This document shows positions 1-9,034 of a stretch of 60,096 bases of DNA, one piece after another; the stretch's first letter is position 1; each line of letters begins with the position of its first letter. Both the position numbers and the translations under genes were made by a program. Source of the DNA: Bauldia sp. GTDB lineage: Bacteria > Pseudomonadota > Alphaproteobacteria > Rhizobiales > Kaistiaceae. Location: NCBI GenBank assembly GCA_040878485.1, contig JBBDMC010000215.1, positions 1 to 60,096 on the forward strand, read 5' to 3'. The notes under the pieces were generated by a model. It made no database searches. It was given only the letters and a program-made list of their open reading frames with translations, and had not been told where the DNA came from.

Positions 1-924
1 GGCCGTGTCCTCACGGCCGCGATTTCGGCGATTGACATCGCCCTGCACGACATCAAGGGCAAGGCGCTTGGCGTGCCGGTCTACCAGCTCCTCGGCGGCA
101 AACAACGCGACCGCGTCCCGACCTTTGCGTCGACGCGAGCTCCGCCCGGCGCCGAAATGATCGAGCAGGCCAGGGAGCTGATGTCGCACGGGTGGAACTG
201 CATGCGATTGTCGACGAGCGGTCACGAAAACCGCGATACCTATGAGCCGCGCGAGCACATCGCCACGTCGGCGCGCTGGTGCATCAAGGCGCGCGAGGAA
301 CTCGGCGACGACGTCGTGCTCGGCCTCGACTATCACCATCGTTTGACGGTGGCCGAGGCGGCGACCTTCTGTCAGAAGATGCCGCGCGGGACGCTCGACT
401 TCCTCGAGGAGCCAATTCGCGATGAAAGCCCCGAGGCGTACGAAAGCCTCAGGAAGCTCACCGATATTCCCTTCGCCATCGGCGAGGAATTCTCATCCAA
501 GTGGCAGTTCCTGCCATACATCGAACGCGGCATCCACCAGTTCAGCCGCATCGACGTGTGCAATGTCGGTGGCCTGACCGAAGCCATGAAGGTCGCCGGA
601 TGGTGCGAAGCCCACTACGTCGACATGATGCCGCACAACCCGCTCGGCCCGATCTGCACGGCGGCGACGGTTCATTTCGCCGCCGCGGTTGCCAATTTCT
701 GTTGGCTGGAGTGTCGGGCGACGCCAACTGAACTCTACTATCTCGGCTTTGACGACGCAGAGGTGTTTCGGGTGCGATTGCAGCTGGAGAGTGCCCACTA
801 CCCGGTCCCGGATACACCGGGCCTCGGGGTCGAGGTCGATGAGAAACGGCTCACCCGGGAGTCGTTCAAATTCTGGGAGGCGCCGCATCTGCGGCGGCGC
901 GATGGATCGTTCACCAACTGGTAG
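1..924 (+). CDS. Enolase-superfamily dehydratase, ManD / D-galactonate-dehydratase-like (5' partial; frame 1 is open from base 1)
   Basis: Frame 1 reads GRVLTAAISAIDIALHDIKGKALGVPVYQLLGG from base 1. Downstream motifs are LDFLEEP, AIGEEF and MPHNPLGP, typical of the ManD subgroup. Stop TAG at 922-924. Confidence 0.85.
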   Translation, partial: GRVLTAAISAIDIALHDIKGKALGVPVYQLLGGKQRDRVPTFASTRAPPGAEMIEQARELMSHGWNCMRLSTSGHENRDTYEPREHIATSARWCIKAREELGDDVVLGLDYHHRLTVAEAATFCQKMPRGTLDFLEEPIRDESPEAYESLRKLTDIPFAIGEEFSSKWQFLPYIERGIHQFSRIDVCNVGGLTEAMKVAGWCEAHYVDMMPHNPLGPICTAATVHFAAAVANFCWLECRATPTELYYLGFDDAEVFRVRLQLESAHYPVPDTPGLGVEVDEKRLTRESFKFWEAPHLRRRDGSFTNW

Positions 925-954
925 GTCGACGGTTCCGCGGGCGATGGCCGCGCG

Positions 955-1893
955 TCAGGCTCCCCGACGCAGCCGGAAACGTTCATTCGCTTCGAAAAGC
1001 GCCCGGGCTGCGGCGGCAACGCCCGGGCGTCGCGCATCATCGAGATTGGCAAGATACGGTTGGATCGGACCGGTATCGGCAATGCCGGCGAAGCGCACGC
1101 CATCGTGGAGCACCACGATCGGCGAATGCGCGTCGCGCTGATCCTCAAAGGGCAGGAACTTGTCGCGGAGGCGCGTGGCAGTGGCGACGTCGCCCGCCCG
1201 CAATGCGGCGTGGATGGCGCTCGAGAGATGCGGCGCGACCGAAACGGAACCCGACGTGAATGCGTGGACGCCGAACTTCGTCCAATGGACGATCGCCGGG
1301 CGCTCGCCAATGCCGCTGACCAGACGCGACGTGCCACAGGCATCGACCAGAGCAGCGAGGTAGCCATCTTCAGCCGGGTCCTTGCGCTCCACCGCGTATT
1401 TCAGCGAGCAGACGACTTCATCGGCGATCAGCGCGGCGAGGTCGCGCGGCGCGATGTAGCCTTCGCTGCGCACGTAGGCGACGATCGGGCGCCCGTAGGC
1501 CGCGGCCAGCCGCGAGAGGCCGGCAGCAACGCCGGCCGGCTTGGTCGGGCCGGTCATCGGCAGCGCCATGGCGGTCGGAAACGGAAACGAGCGAAGCACC
1601 GCCACCTGATCGACCGCCTTGCCGAAATCGGCGCCGACCGAGGGGATCATCCAGGCGCCTTCCGGCGCTATCGCGACCAACAAGTCCAGCACCTTGCCGT
1701 ATTCGGCGAGGCCGAGGTGATAGAAGTTGGCGTTGCCGCCATAGAGGAACGAGGAGACGCCGCCGGCGGCAAGATGGTCGACGATCTTGCGGTTTTCCGA
1801 CTCGCTGACGTTTCCCGCAGCGTCGCGGGCAAGGGGCGGAACGGCGATGACCGAGCGGCCGAGATCAGCGGGTGTGACGGCATCGGTTTTCAC
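955..1893 (-). CDS. Dihydrodipicolinate synthase (DapA)-family aldolase/dehydratase
   Basis: DapA-family-like translation (IAVPPLARDAAGN..., GGNANFYHL...). GTG at 1893 is preceded by GGGAGAC. The track ORF extends to 1974 but that N-terminus looks non-coding. Confidence 0.8.
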   Translation of the reverse strand: MKTDAVTPADLGRSVIAVPPLARDAAGNVSESENRKIVDHLAAGGVSSFLYGGNANFYHLGLAEYGKVLDLLVAIAPEGAWMIPSVGADFGKAVDQVAVLRSFPFPTAMALPMTGPTKPAGVAAGLSRLAAAYGRPIVAYVRSEGYIAPRDLAALIADEVVCSLKYAVERKDPAEDGYLAALVDACGTSRLVSGIGERPAIVHWTKFGVHAFTSGSVSVAPHLSSAIHAALRAGDVATATRLRDKFLPFEDQRDAHSPIVVLHDGVRFAGIADTGPIQPYLANLDDARRPGVAAAARALFEANERFRLRRGA

Positions 1894-2054
1894 GGACGTC
1901 TCCCATGGGTCGGCGATTTGGGATTGGCAATCCGGCGGCGGCCCAAAGCTAGCGGAGGGAGCGCGGTGCTTCAACTGCAGGGCCTGGGCGCCGGCGATAT
2001 CCTCTATGTTTGCCGGGCATCGTTCACATGAGGACCTCCCACAGGAGTCGACAA

Positions 2055-2849
2055 ATGAAGCTCATCCTCCTCACGGGCGCGGGCGGAAACGTCGGCCAAA
2101 TGATCCGGCCGATGCTCCGCGCCAAGTGCCGGCTCCGCGTCTCCGACGTGAAAGACATCGCCCGCGACGGGCAAGAGGAGTTCGTCCGAGCCGATCTCAG
2201 TGACCTCGGCGCCGTCCGCCGGGCGGTTCGCGGCGTCGATGCGGTCGTTCATCTCGGCGGCTATTCGCTCGAAGCCGACTTCGAGACCATCCTTCCGGCG
2301 AACATCGTCGGCATCTACAATCTCTTCGAGGCGGCGCGGCAGGAAGGCGTCAGGCGCGTCATCTTCGCATCAAGCGGCCACGTCGTCGGCTTCTATCCGC
2401 GCTCGCAGACGATTCCGGTCGAGGTAACGCTGCGGCCCGACTCGCGCTATGGGGTCAGCAAGGCCTTCGGCGAAGCCATCGCCGGCCTCTATGCCTACAA
2501 GTACGGCGCCGAGGTCTTCACGATCCGCATCGGCCACATCCTGCCGCGGCCGGAGACGATACGAGATCTCGCCATCTGGCTGAGTCCGCGCGATCTCTGC
2601 CAGCTCATCGAGATCGGCCTCGAAACGCCAGGCATCCGCCATGAGATCGTCTACGGCATCTCCGACAACCAGCGCCGCTGGTGGGAGCGCGACAATGCCG
2701 CCCGGCTCGGCTACCGGCCGCAGGATCGCGCCGAAGACTACGCGGCGGAGGTCATCGCCCGCGACCGGGGCGCAAGCGGGGACGACCGCGTCGATCGCAA
2801 TCAGGGTGCCGACTTCTGCGTCGCCGAATCGATGGCGCCGGTGTCGTGA
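2055..2849 (+). CDS. udh: Uronate dehydrogenase-like NAD-dependent epimerase/dehydratase
   Basis: MKLILLTGAGGNVG Rossmann N-terminus. VHLGGYS..FE.IL.ANI.G.YNLFEAAR, FASSGH..G.YP and RPDSRYGVSKAFGE closely follow the Agrobacterium Udh pattern as I recall it. AGGAG lies 8 nt upstream of the ATG at 2055. Confidence 0.8.
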   Translation: MKLILLTGAGGNVGQMIRPMLRAKCRLRVSDVKDIARDGQEEFVRADLSDLGAVRRAVRGVDAVVHLGGYSLEADFETILPANIVGIYNLFEAARQEGVRRVIFASSGHVVGFYPRSQTIPVEVTLRPDSRYGVSKAFGEAIAGLYAYKYGAEVFTIRIGHILPRPETIRDLAIWLSPRDLCQLIEIGLETPGIRHEIVYGISDNQRRWWERDNAARLGYRPQDRAEDYAAEVIARDRGASGDDRVDRNQGADFCVAESMAPVS

Positions 2850-4555
2850 CTGCGTCTGACGAACGGCGCGGCAACGTGTTTCACGAGGATCTGCCGGCCG
2901 CGGCTGTGAGGGCGGTGGCGCTGGCGTCTCGACTTTGCGACGATTGCGTCCACTATCACGGCAGCTGGCCGGCGCTGAGGCTGGTCGAGCACGGTGGCCT
3001 CGATTTCGACCGGCCGCATCTGCTGCCTCTATTCAGAGGGCTGGCGAGCGATCCGCCGCGCCGCCGCTGGCTGATAGCCGGGATGGCCGACAGCGGCCTC
3101 GTCGCGACGGTCGGCTCGGCGATCTGGCCGATCGTCCCGGAGGCCCGGCTCACTCTGGTCGACCGGTGCGAAACGCCGTTGACCCTGTGTCGCGAATACG
3201 GTCGGCGACTGGGCCGGACACTCGACACGGTGCGCGCCGACCTCAACCAATTCACGCCGCCGGAGCTTCAGGATGTGGTCTTCGCGCATTCGGTCCTTGC
3301 CCACGTCCCCGGGACGGAGCGCGCGGCGATGGCGGGGCGCTTCCGTCAGTGGCTGGCACAGGACGGCTGTCTCGTCCTCTCCGCAAGACTGGACGACGTT
3401 CTTGATCAGGATGACATCGATCGACAAACCGATCCGGCGCACATCCGCAAGATGATCGCGGTGCTGAAAAAGGAAGGCGTGGACGACGAAGCGACCCTGC
3501 GCCAGCTGTCCGTCTGGCTGCCGCGCAGTTTTGGCGAGCGGTCGCGCCGCCGCGGCGCGCACGCGACGATCGCCGATCTGACCACTCTTCTCGAACAAGT
3601 CGGCTTCGCCGAGGCGCGAATCGTTGCCGAGTTCGCCCCGCCACCGCGGCAGCTCCGACCGTCGGGAAAGAACCAGCGGCGGGCGATCATCGCCGCCTAC
3701 GCCGCGCAAAACCGGCCGGCCCGCCGGCTCGGCGCGAACCCATCAGAGAAGTCGGCTCAACAGACCGAACACCGGCGCCTTTCCAAACAAGCCGGAGATG
3801 AAGAGGTATTGCGCCGCGGCAACCACCAGGATCGCAGCGATCAAGGTACCGATCGAACCCCGCCCGACATGACGTCGCACCAGCAGCAAGAATCCGGCGG
3901 TCGCCGGAAGCAGGCCGACGAGGGGCAAGGCAACCAGAAGGCTGACGAAGGCGGCGCCGATGCCGAGATCCAATTCGGGCGACCCAGTTCGGGCGCGACT
4001 TGGCAGGCGAACCAACGCCACGATCGCGGCGCCGATCAGCACGAGCGACACGCCGGTCGGGGCTATCCACGCGCTGCCGCGATAGTCGGACGCCGCGATG
4101 ATCGCACCAAGCGAGAGAACGATCATGCCGACGAAGGCGGCCACCGCCGCGGCGGGGGCGAAGCTCTCGTCCGGAGTGCGCACCGCGGCGGGCCGCCTCA
4201 GCCGGAAGAGGACCACCAGCAGAACCGCTCCGAGGATGATCACGCCCGGTCTCAACAGGGCAGAGGCGCCGAAGACTTGGATGGTCTTGCCGAGCGACGT
4301 TTCCGCGATCGGGCCCATGACGAAGCCGAGCAGAAACGGGGCCCGTGGAAGGCCCGCCGCTCGCAGCAAGAGACCGAGCATCCCGCCGACAATGAATTGA
4401 CCGAGGGTGAACAAGCTTTCCGTCGCGCCGAGCGCGGCGGTGACGATGGCAACCAGGGCGAAAGGCACGATCATTGCCGGCCGCGGCGCCGTCATTCGCA
4501 CAAGGAAGGGCACGACGATGAGAAAGAGGGGAATTGTCAGCAGGTTGCCGAATAG
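2846..4555 (+). CDS. Methyltransferase-like protein, paralogue 1. The homologous part is about 2846-3735; there is no in-frame stop until 4555.
   Basis: GTG at 2846 overlaps the udh stop (GTGA). The translation aligns along its length with the 12449-13372 product: C-x2-C-x2-YH, LI.G.AD.GL.AT, DRC.TPL.LC, DV...HS, WL..DG.LV.S. Beyond about 3735 the frame is a shadow of tctA. Confidence 0.55.
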   Translation: MTASDERRGNVFHEDLPAAAVRAVALASRLCDDCVHYHGSWPALRLVEHGGLDFDRPHLLPLFRGLASDPPRRRWLIAGMADSGLVATVGSAIWPIVPEARLTLVDRCETPLTLCREYGRRLGRTLDTVRADLNQFTPPELQDVVFAHSVLAHVPGTERAAMAGRFRQWLAQDGCLVLSARLDDVLDQDDIDRQTDPAHIRKMIAVLKKEGVDDEATLRQLSVWLPRSFGERSRRRGAHATIADLTTLLEQVGFAEARIVAEFAPPPRQLRPSGKNQRRAIIAAYAAQNRPARRLGANPSEKSAQQTEHRRLSKQAGDEEVLRRGNHQDRSDQGTDRTPPDMTSHQQQESGGRRKQADEGQGNQKADEGGADAEIQFGRPSSGATWQANQRHDRGADQHERHAGRGYPRAAAIVGRRDDRTKRENDHADEGGHRRGGGEALVRSAHRGGPPQPEEDHQQNRSEDDHARSQQGRGAEDLDGLAERRFRDRAHDEAEQKRGPWKARRSQQETEHPADNELTEGEQAFRRAERGGDDGNQGERHDHCRPRRRHSHKEGHDDEKEGNCQQVAE

Positions 4556-5641
4556 AACAGCCCAGGCGAAACTGATCGCCATCGGCAAGTCCGGGCCGAG
4601 GAATCGCGGCCCAGGCTCGAGGCCGAGCATGGCTAGTCCACCCATGAGGATCGCCATGCTGGAACTGCCGGGGATGCCGAAATAGATCGTCGGGATCAGC
4701 GCACCGCCTTCCTTCGAGTTGTTGGCGGCTTCCGGAGCGATGACGCCGGCGAGCGAGCCGGTGCCGACGGGCGGTCCCTCCTTGGTAGTCCGCGCCGCGT
4801 CCGCGTAAGCGATCCAGACCGCGACGCTCGCTCCGACCCCCGGCATCATCCCGATCACGATGCCGATGACGGTGCTGCGCAACAACACCATGCGGTAGCG
4901 GAGCGCCACGGCCATGCCGCGCAGCAGTTGGCGGAACTCGGCACGCATTGCCCGCGACGCGGTCACCGGCGCCGGCGAGCGGGCAAGGGAAAGCATCTCG
5001 GGCACGACGAACAGCCCGCCGATGATCGACACCAGTTGCAGACCGTCCCACAGTTCCAGACGATCGAAGGTGAAGCGCGGCACCGCGGTCAGGCGATCGA
5101 GCCCGACGGTCGATGCCAGCAAGCCCAGCGCCGCCACGGCGATGCCGCCAGCCACTTGGCGGTCCGACAGCGTGGCGACGAGGGATAGCCCGAGAAGCGA
5201 AAGCACCAGAAACTCCGGGGCCCCTAGATTGGTGATGATCGGCCGCGCCACGGGAATGACCGCGATGAAAAAGATCGCACCAACGATGCCGCCGATCGAA
5301 GAAGCCGACAGGCTTGCCCCCAGCGCCTCGGAGCCGCGGCCTTTCTGTTGCAGCTGAAAGCCGTCGATGACGGTTGCTGCTTCCGAGGCGGATGTGGGCA
5401 GGCCGTAGGCGATCGGCGTGATGGAACCGGACGTATGAACGACTGAGTGAAGTGCGAGAAGGAAGACGGCGCCGGCCAGCGGATCGAAGGCGACAACCAG
5501 CGGCAGAGCCAGCAACAGGCCGATGCGGCCACCGATCCCCGGTAGGATGCCGGCCAGAAAACCGAGGAGAATCCCAAGCACGAGGGCCGCCAGCCGTGCC
5601 GGCTGAAGAACCGCCATGAGTGACCCTGCGATAGCATCCAT
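3743..5641 (-). CDS. Tripartite tricarboxylate transporter permease, TctA with a C-terminal TctB-like extension (module 1)
   Basis: TctA hallmarks: GILPGIGG, GLPTSASEAATVIDG, VIAPEAANNSKEGGA, IPGSSSMA. An extra hydrophobic tail of about 140 aa follows. ATG at 5641; an alternative TTG lies at 5677. Confidence 0.85.
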   Translation of the reverse strand: MDAIAGSLMAVLQPARLAALVLGILLGFLAGILPGIGGRIGLLLALPLVVAFDPLAGAVFLLALHSVVHTSGSITPIAYGLPTSASEAATVIDGFQLQQKGRGSEALGASLSASSIGGIVGAIFFIAVIPVARPIITNLGAPEFLVLSLLGLSLVATLSDRQVAGGIAVAALGLLASTVGLDRLTAVPRFTFDRLELWDGLQLVSIIGGLFVVPEMLSLARSPAPVTASRAMRAEFRQLLRGMAVALRYRMVLLRSTVIGIVIGMMPGVGASVAVWIAYADAARTTKEGPPVGTGSLAGVIAPEAANNSKEGGALIPTIYFGIPGSSSMAILMGGLAMLGLEPGPRFLGPDLPMAISFAWAVLFGNLLTIPLFLIVVPFLVRMTAPRPAMIVPFALVAIVTAALGATESLFTLGQFIVGGMLGLLLRAAGLPRAPFLLGFVMGPIAETSLGKTIQVFGASALLRPGVIILGAVLLVVLFRLRRPAAVRTPDESFAPAAAVAAFVGMIVLSLGAIIAASDYRGSAWIAPTGVSLVLIGAAIVALVRLPSRARTGSPELDLGIGAAFVSLLVALPLVGLLPATAGFLLLVRRHVGRGSIGTLIAAILVVAAAQYLFISGLFGKAPVFGLLSRLL

Positions 5642-5719
5642 CAGTGGCCACACCGCGAGCCGGAAGGCCGAGAGCAATCGGACGAGAAGACAGTGGTCAT
5701 CGGCCCGCGACCGACCAGG

Positions 5720-6760
5720 TCAGCAGGTGCGGTCGCCGACGGCGCGACGCCGCCCGCAGGCGATGGCCGCCTGCAGGTCGGCTTGCAGTGCCGCCTTATC
5801 GGCGAGAAGTGCTCCGACAAGGCCCTGGACTTCGGATCCGCTGAGCGGGTCGATCGGAATCTTGAGTTGGGCCGCTTCGGCAAGGAATGCTTCGTCGTGG
5901 ACGGCGGCATCGAATGCAGTTCGCAGCGCATCGACATCCGCTGCGTCGGCATTCGGCGGCGCGGCAATCCAGCGACCGAGATTGCCGCTGAGCTCCATCA
6001 GGTCGGCGAGCTTGGAAACCGGCTTGGGGGCGATGTCGCGAAGCAGCGGGGCGGAAACCGGGGCGCCCGGATTGGGCACAGCGTTCATTCGCAGGATGAC
6101 GGCGGCGCCCTCCTCTTCGACCAACCGGCGCACGCTGCCATATGAGCCGACGACGATCTGTCCCTCGCCGCTGATCATGGCGAGAGCCCGTTGCCCGCCA
6201 TTGTATCCGGGCACCGGTTTGATGGACAGCCCGAGGATGTCGTTGAGGACGTAGCACTCGAACGAGGCACGCGACGCGCTGGTGCTTGCCGGATAGACGG
6301 CGGGCTCGGAACGGTTGGCGAGGTCTGCGATCGAATTGATGCCGCTGAGCTTGCTCGCCACAACGACGCGCTCGTCGACGGCGAGCTTTCCCAGCCAGTT
6401 GAATGCGCCAAGATTGAACTTGACGTCCTCCTCGTCGAGGATCTCAGCGTAGAGGAGGGCTGCTTCAAAGAGACCGATGGTGAGGTCGCCGGCAGGCGCC
6501 TCGAAAATTTGCTTCGCCGCCAGACGGCCGTCCGCAGTCTGAACGACCTCCACGGTCATTCGCGACTGCGGCAGCGCGAGGGCGAGGTGTTTGGCGAAGA
6601 GCCTGGCGTAGGCCTCGTAGCCGCCTGACCCCTCGTTGCCGATCAGAAAGGCGATGCGGCGCCGGTCAAGGACGCCGGCCAGCGCCTCGGTGAACCGGCC
6701 CCAGACGAGCCCGGCCGCGGCAAAGGCCAGGATGTCCCGTCGCGACGAACGCCTTGTCAT
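5720..6760 (-). CDS. TctC/Bug-family periplasmic substrate-binding protein, divergent (module 1)
   Basis: MTRRSSRRDILAFAAAG is a Tat-like signal at the ATG at 6760. Length and layout are Bug-like, and the gene sits directly upstream of tctA in the same orientation. Confidence 0.75.
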   Translation of the reverse strand: MTRRSSRRDILAFAAAGLVWGRFTEALAGVLDRRRIAFLIGNEGSGGYEAYARLFAKHLALALPQSRMTVEVVQTADGRLAAKQIFEAPAGDLTIGLFEAALLYAEILDEEDVKFNLGAFNWLGKLAVDERVVVASKLSGINSIADLANRSEPAVYPASTSASRASFECYVLNDILGLSIKPVPGYNGGQRALAMISGEGQIVVGSYGSVRRLVEEEGAAVILRMNAVPNPGAPVSAPLLRDIAPKPVSKLADLMELSGNLGRWIAAPPNADAADVDALRTAFDAAVHDEAFLAEAAQLKIPIDPLSGSEVQGLVGALLADKAALQADLQAAIACGRRRAVGDRTC

Positions 6761-6992
6761 CTGGGATCCCCAGCGGTCAGAAACGACCGAATCTAGCACG
6801 GTTTCCAGATCAAGGAGCGCCGCGGACACGTGGCCGGCGGCTGCAGACCCTTGATTGCGTCTATGATCGTCCCGTCGATGATGGCGCGTGCCAGACCGGG
6901 GGTTATTCTTCTTGCCGAAACACAAAGCTTCGCCGGGATACCGCTGGGCGCGCGAGCACGTCCTGAAGAGCTCGGCCGCGACGGCCGCCTGG

Positions 6993-8324
6993 ATGTTCCA
7001 AGTGAAGCTCGAAGAGAGTCAGTGGTATTCCGCCAACCAGCACCTGGCCTATCAGACGAAGCGGCTGGGCGAGCTGCTCAGGCACGCCAAGACCAACGTC
7101 CCATTCTACGCCACCGCCTATAAGAGCGCCGACATCGATGTTTCGCGCGACCCTGATCCAGCGACGTGGCGGCGCATTCCACTGCTGACGCGCGCCGCCC
7201 TGCAGGGCAACAAGGCGGCGCTGACGGCGGCAAGAGTGCCGCCCGATCACGGCAAGTCGATCGCGGTCGCGTCTTCCGGGTCGACGGGGACGCCCGTCGA
7301 GGCTCTGGCGACCGAACTCACCGGCACCTGGAATCGGGCGCTGACGCTGAGAGCCCAGCTCTGGGCGCTGAAGCGTTTCGACTATCGCCTAGCCGTCATC
7401 CGACGCTATCCGAATAAGGTCGCCGATTATCCGGCGGGTCGCTCCCTGCCGGCCTGGGAGAACGAGATCACGCTGCCAGTCGTCTCCGGCCCTGTCTTCA
7501 GCCTCGCCGCCACCACGCCGACGACGGAGCAGGTCGAATGGCTGAACCGGCACCGGCCCGAGGTTCTCCTTACCTATCCGTCAATATTTGCCGGGCTGCT
7601 CGACGCGGCCGCAAGCGGCGAGCTCAAGCTGCCAGGTCTCAGGCGAATCCTGACGATCAGCGAGATGCTCGCCGACGAGGTCCGGGTCGCGGCGCGGCGA
7701 ACGCTCGGCGTCGAGATCTTCGACGCCTATTCCGCCAACGAGACCGGTTCGATTGCCCTGCAATGCCCCGAAGGCCACGGCTATCACGTGCAGTCGGAAG
7801 CCCTCGTGGTCGAGGTCCTCCACGACGACGGCCGCCCGTGCGGGCCCGGTGAGACCGGCCGTGTCGTCGTCACCCTCCTCCACAACTACGCCCTGCCGCT
7901 CATCCGCTACGAAATCGGCGACTTCGCGACGGTCGGCCGGCAGTGTCGTTGCGGTCGCGGCCTGCCGGTGCTGACCCGGATCATCGGGCGACAGCGCAAC
8001 ATGCTGATCGGGCCGAAGGGAGAGCGATCGCGCCCGGCTCTCGGCTGGAAATACATCAAAGGGATGGCACCGATCACGCAGGGCCAGTTCATCCAGCATA
8101 CGATCGAAAAGCTGGAGGCAAAGCTGGTTGTCGCGCGACCGCTCGTCGAGGCCGAGGAAGCCCGAGTGCGCGAGCTCCTGACGTCGCGGATGCCTCAATT
8201 CAGCGAAGTCGTCTTCACTTACGTCGAAGAGCTTCCGCGCAGCGAGGGCGGAAAATTCGAGGACTTCATCAGCCTGGTTGGCAAGCCTTCCCCGACGGCC
8301 GACAAAGGTGCCGCACGATCATAA
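6993..8324 (+). CDS. Phenylacetate-CoA ligase (PaaK)/CapK/F390-synthetase-family adenylate-forming enzyme
   Basis: SSGSTGTP P-loop, YSANETG, and the YEIGD...C.CGRGLP....IGR C-terminal pattern. The product is 443 aa from the ATG at 6993. Confidence 0.85.
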   Translation: MFQVKLEESQWYSANQHLAYQTKRLGELLRHAKTNVPFYATAYKSADIDVSRDPDPATWRRIPLLTRAALQGNKAALTAARVPPDHGKSIAVASSGSTGTPVEALATELTGTWNRALTLRAQLWALKRFDYRLAVIRRYPNKVADYPAGRSLPAWENEITLPVVSGPVFSLAATTPTTEQVEWLNRHRPEVLLTYPSIFAGLLDAAASGELKLPGLRRILTISEMLADEVRVAARRTLGVEIFDAYSANETGSIALQCPEGHGYHVQSEALVVEVLHDDGRPCGPGETGRVVVTLLHNYALPLIRYEIGDFATVGRQCRCGRGLPVLTRIIGRQRNMLIGPKGERSRPALGWKYIKGMAPITQGQFIQHTIEKLEAKLVVARPLVEAEEARVRELLTSRMPQFSEVVFTYVEELPRSEGGKFEDFISLVGKPSPTADKGAARS

Positions 8325-8353
8325 CCCGGCTGAGGAAAAGCCAGAGGCAGCCG

Positions 8354-9034
8354 CTATGGGGGCGGAGGCGGAGGCGGCGCGAGGCTAAGGCGCAGGCCTA
8401 CCATCAGGCTGTGATTGTGGAAACTGTCGGTGACCCCGTAGGGAGCCGTCTCTGACGCGAAAAAGGAGCTGCTGGCGCCAAAGTAACGGTAGTCCATCGT
8501 GAAAGTCGCGCGCGGGGCGAACTGATATCCGAAACCGGCGCCCAACTGATAAGCGAAGACGCAGTTTTCGTCGTCGATATCGCCGCTGCCGCCGACAGTC
8601 CCGATTTCATCGACCTTGAGATGGACGTTGGCGACGCCAATACCGCCGCCAATATAAGGCTTGAATCGTCCCGTCCGATTGAAGTCGTACCAGCCATTGG
8701 CCATCAAGGCGAAGAAGCGGGCCGATCCAGCGCTTACGCCTTCATTGCCGATCGTGAACGGGTTGACGTCATTGCCACGCGACGACAACTCGCCCTCGAG
8801 ACGGAATCCCGACATTGTCGAGAAGCCAAACGCAGCCGCCCCGGCGAAGCCGGTCTCGAAATCCAAGCCGACCGTGTTGAGGCTTGGCGGTCCGTCATAG
8901 GTGATGTCGCCAAGCCAGCTTCCACCGCCCATGACGGCGAAATAGGACTGGTCGAACATACCTTGCGCTGACGCAGAGCTGCCGTAGGCGACAAGCCCGA
9001 TAACCGCAACGCTGCCGAGGAGAGTCTTCTTCAT
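8354..9034 (-). CDS. Outer-membrane beta-barrel protein (Omp25/Omp31/OmpW-like) with a C-terminal poly-proline tail
   Basis: MKKTLLGSVAVIGLVAYGSSASAQG signal peptide. Alternating aromatic/Gly beta-strand pattern (GWYDFN, YIGGGIGV, YQLGAGFGYQF). Ends in ...LRLSLA followed by seven Pro. Confidence 0.8.
   Translation of the reverse strand: MKKTLLGSVAVIGLVAYGSSASAQGMFDQSYFAVMGGGSWLGDITYDGPPSLNTVGLDFETGFAGAAAFGFSTMSGFRLEGELSSRGNDVNPFTIGNEGVSAGSARFFALMANGWYDFNRTGRFKPYIGGGIGVANVHLKVDEIGTVGGSGDIDDENCVFAYQLGAGFGYQFAPRATFTMDYRYFGASSSFFASETAPYGVTDSFHNHSLMVGLRLSLAPPPPPPP

Noticed and set aside
2681-2845. N-terminal 55 codons of the track ORF 2681..4555
   Set aside because: This part lies inside the udh coding region in another frame and is Arg-rich. 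Homology to paralogue 2 begins only after the GTG at 2846.
3687-5651. 654-aa minus-strand ORF in an alternative frame of tctAB1
   Set aside because: It is Arg/Gly/Pro-rich off-frame sequence. The neighbouring frame (3743-5641) carries the TctA motifs.
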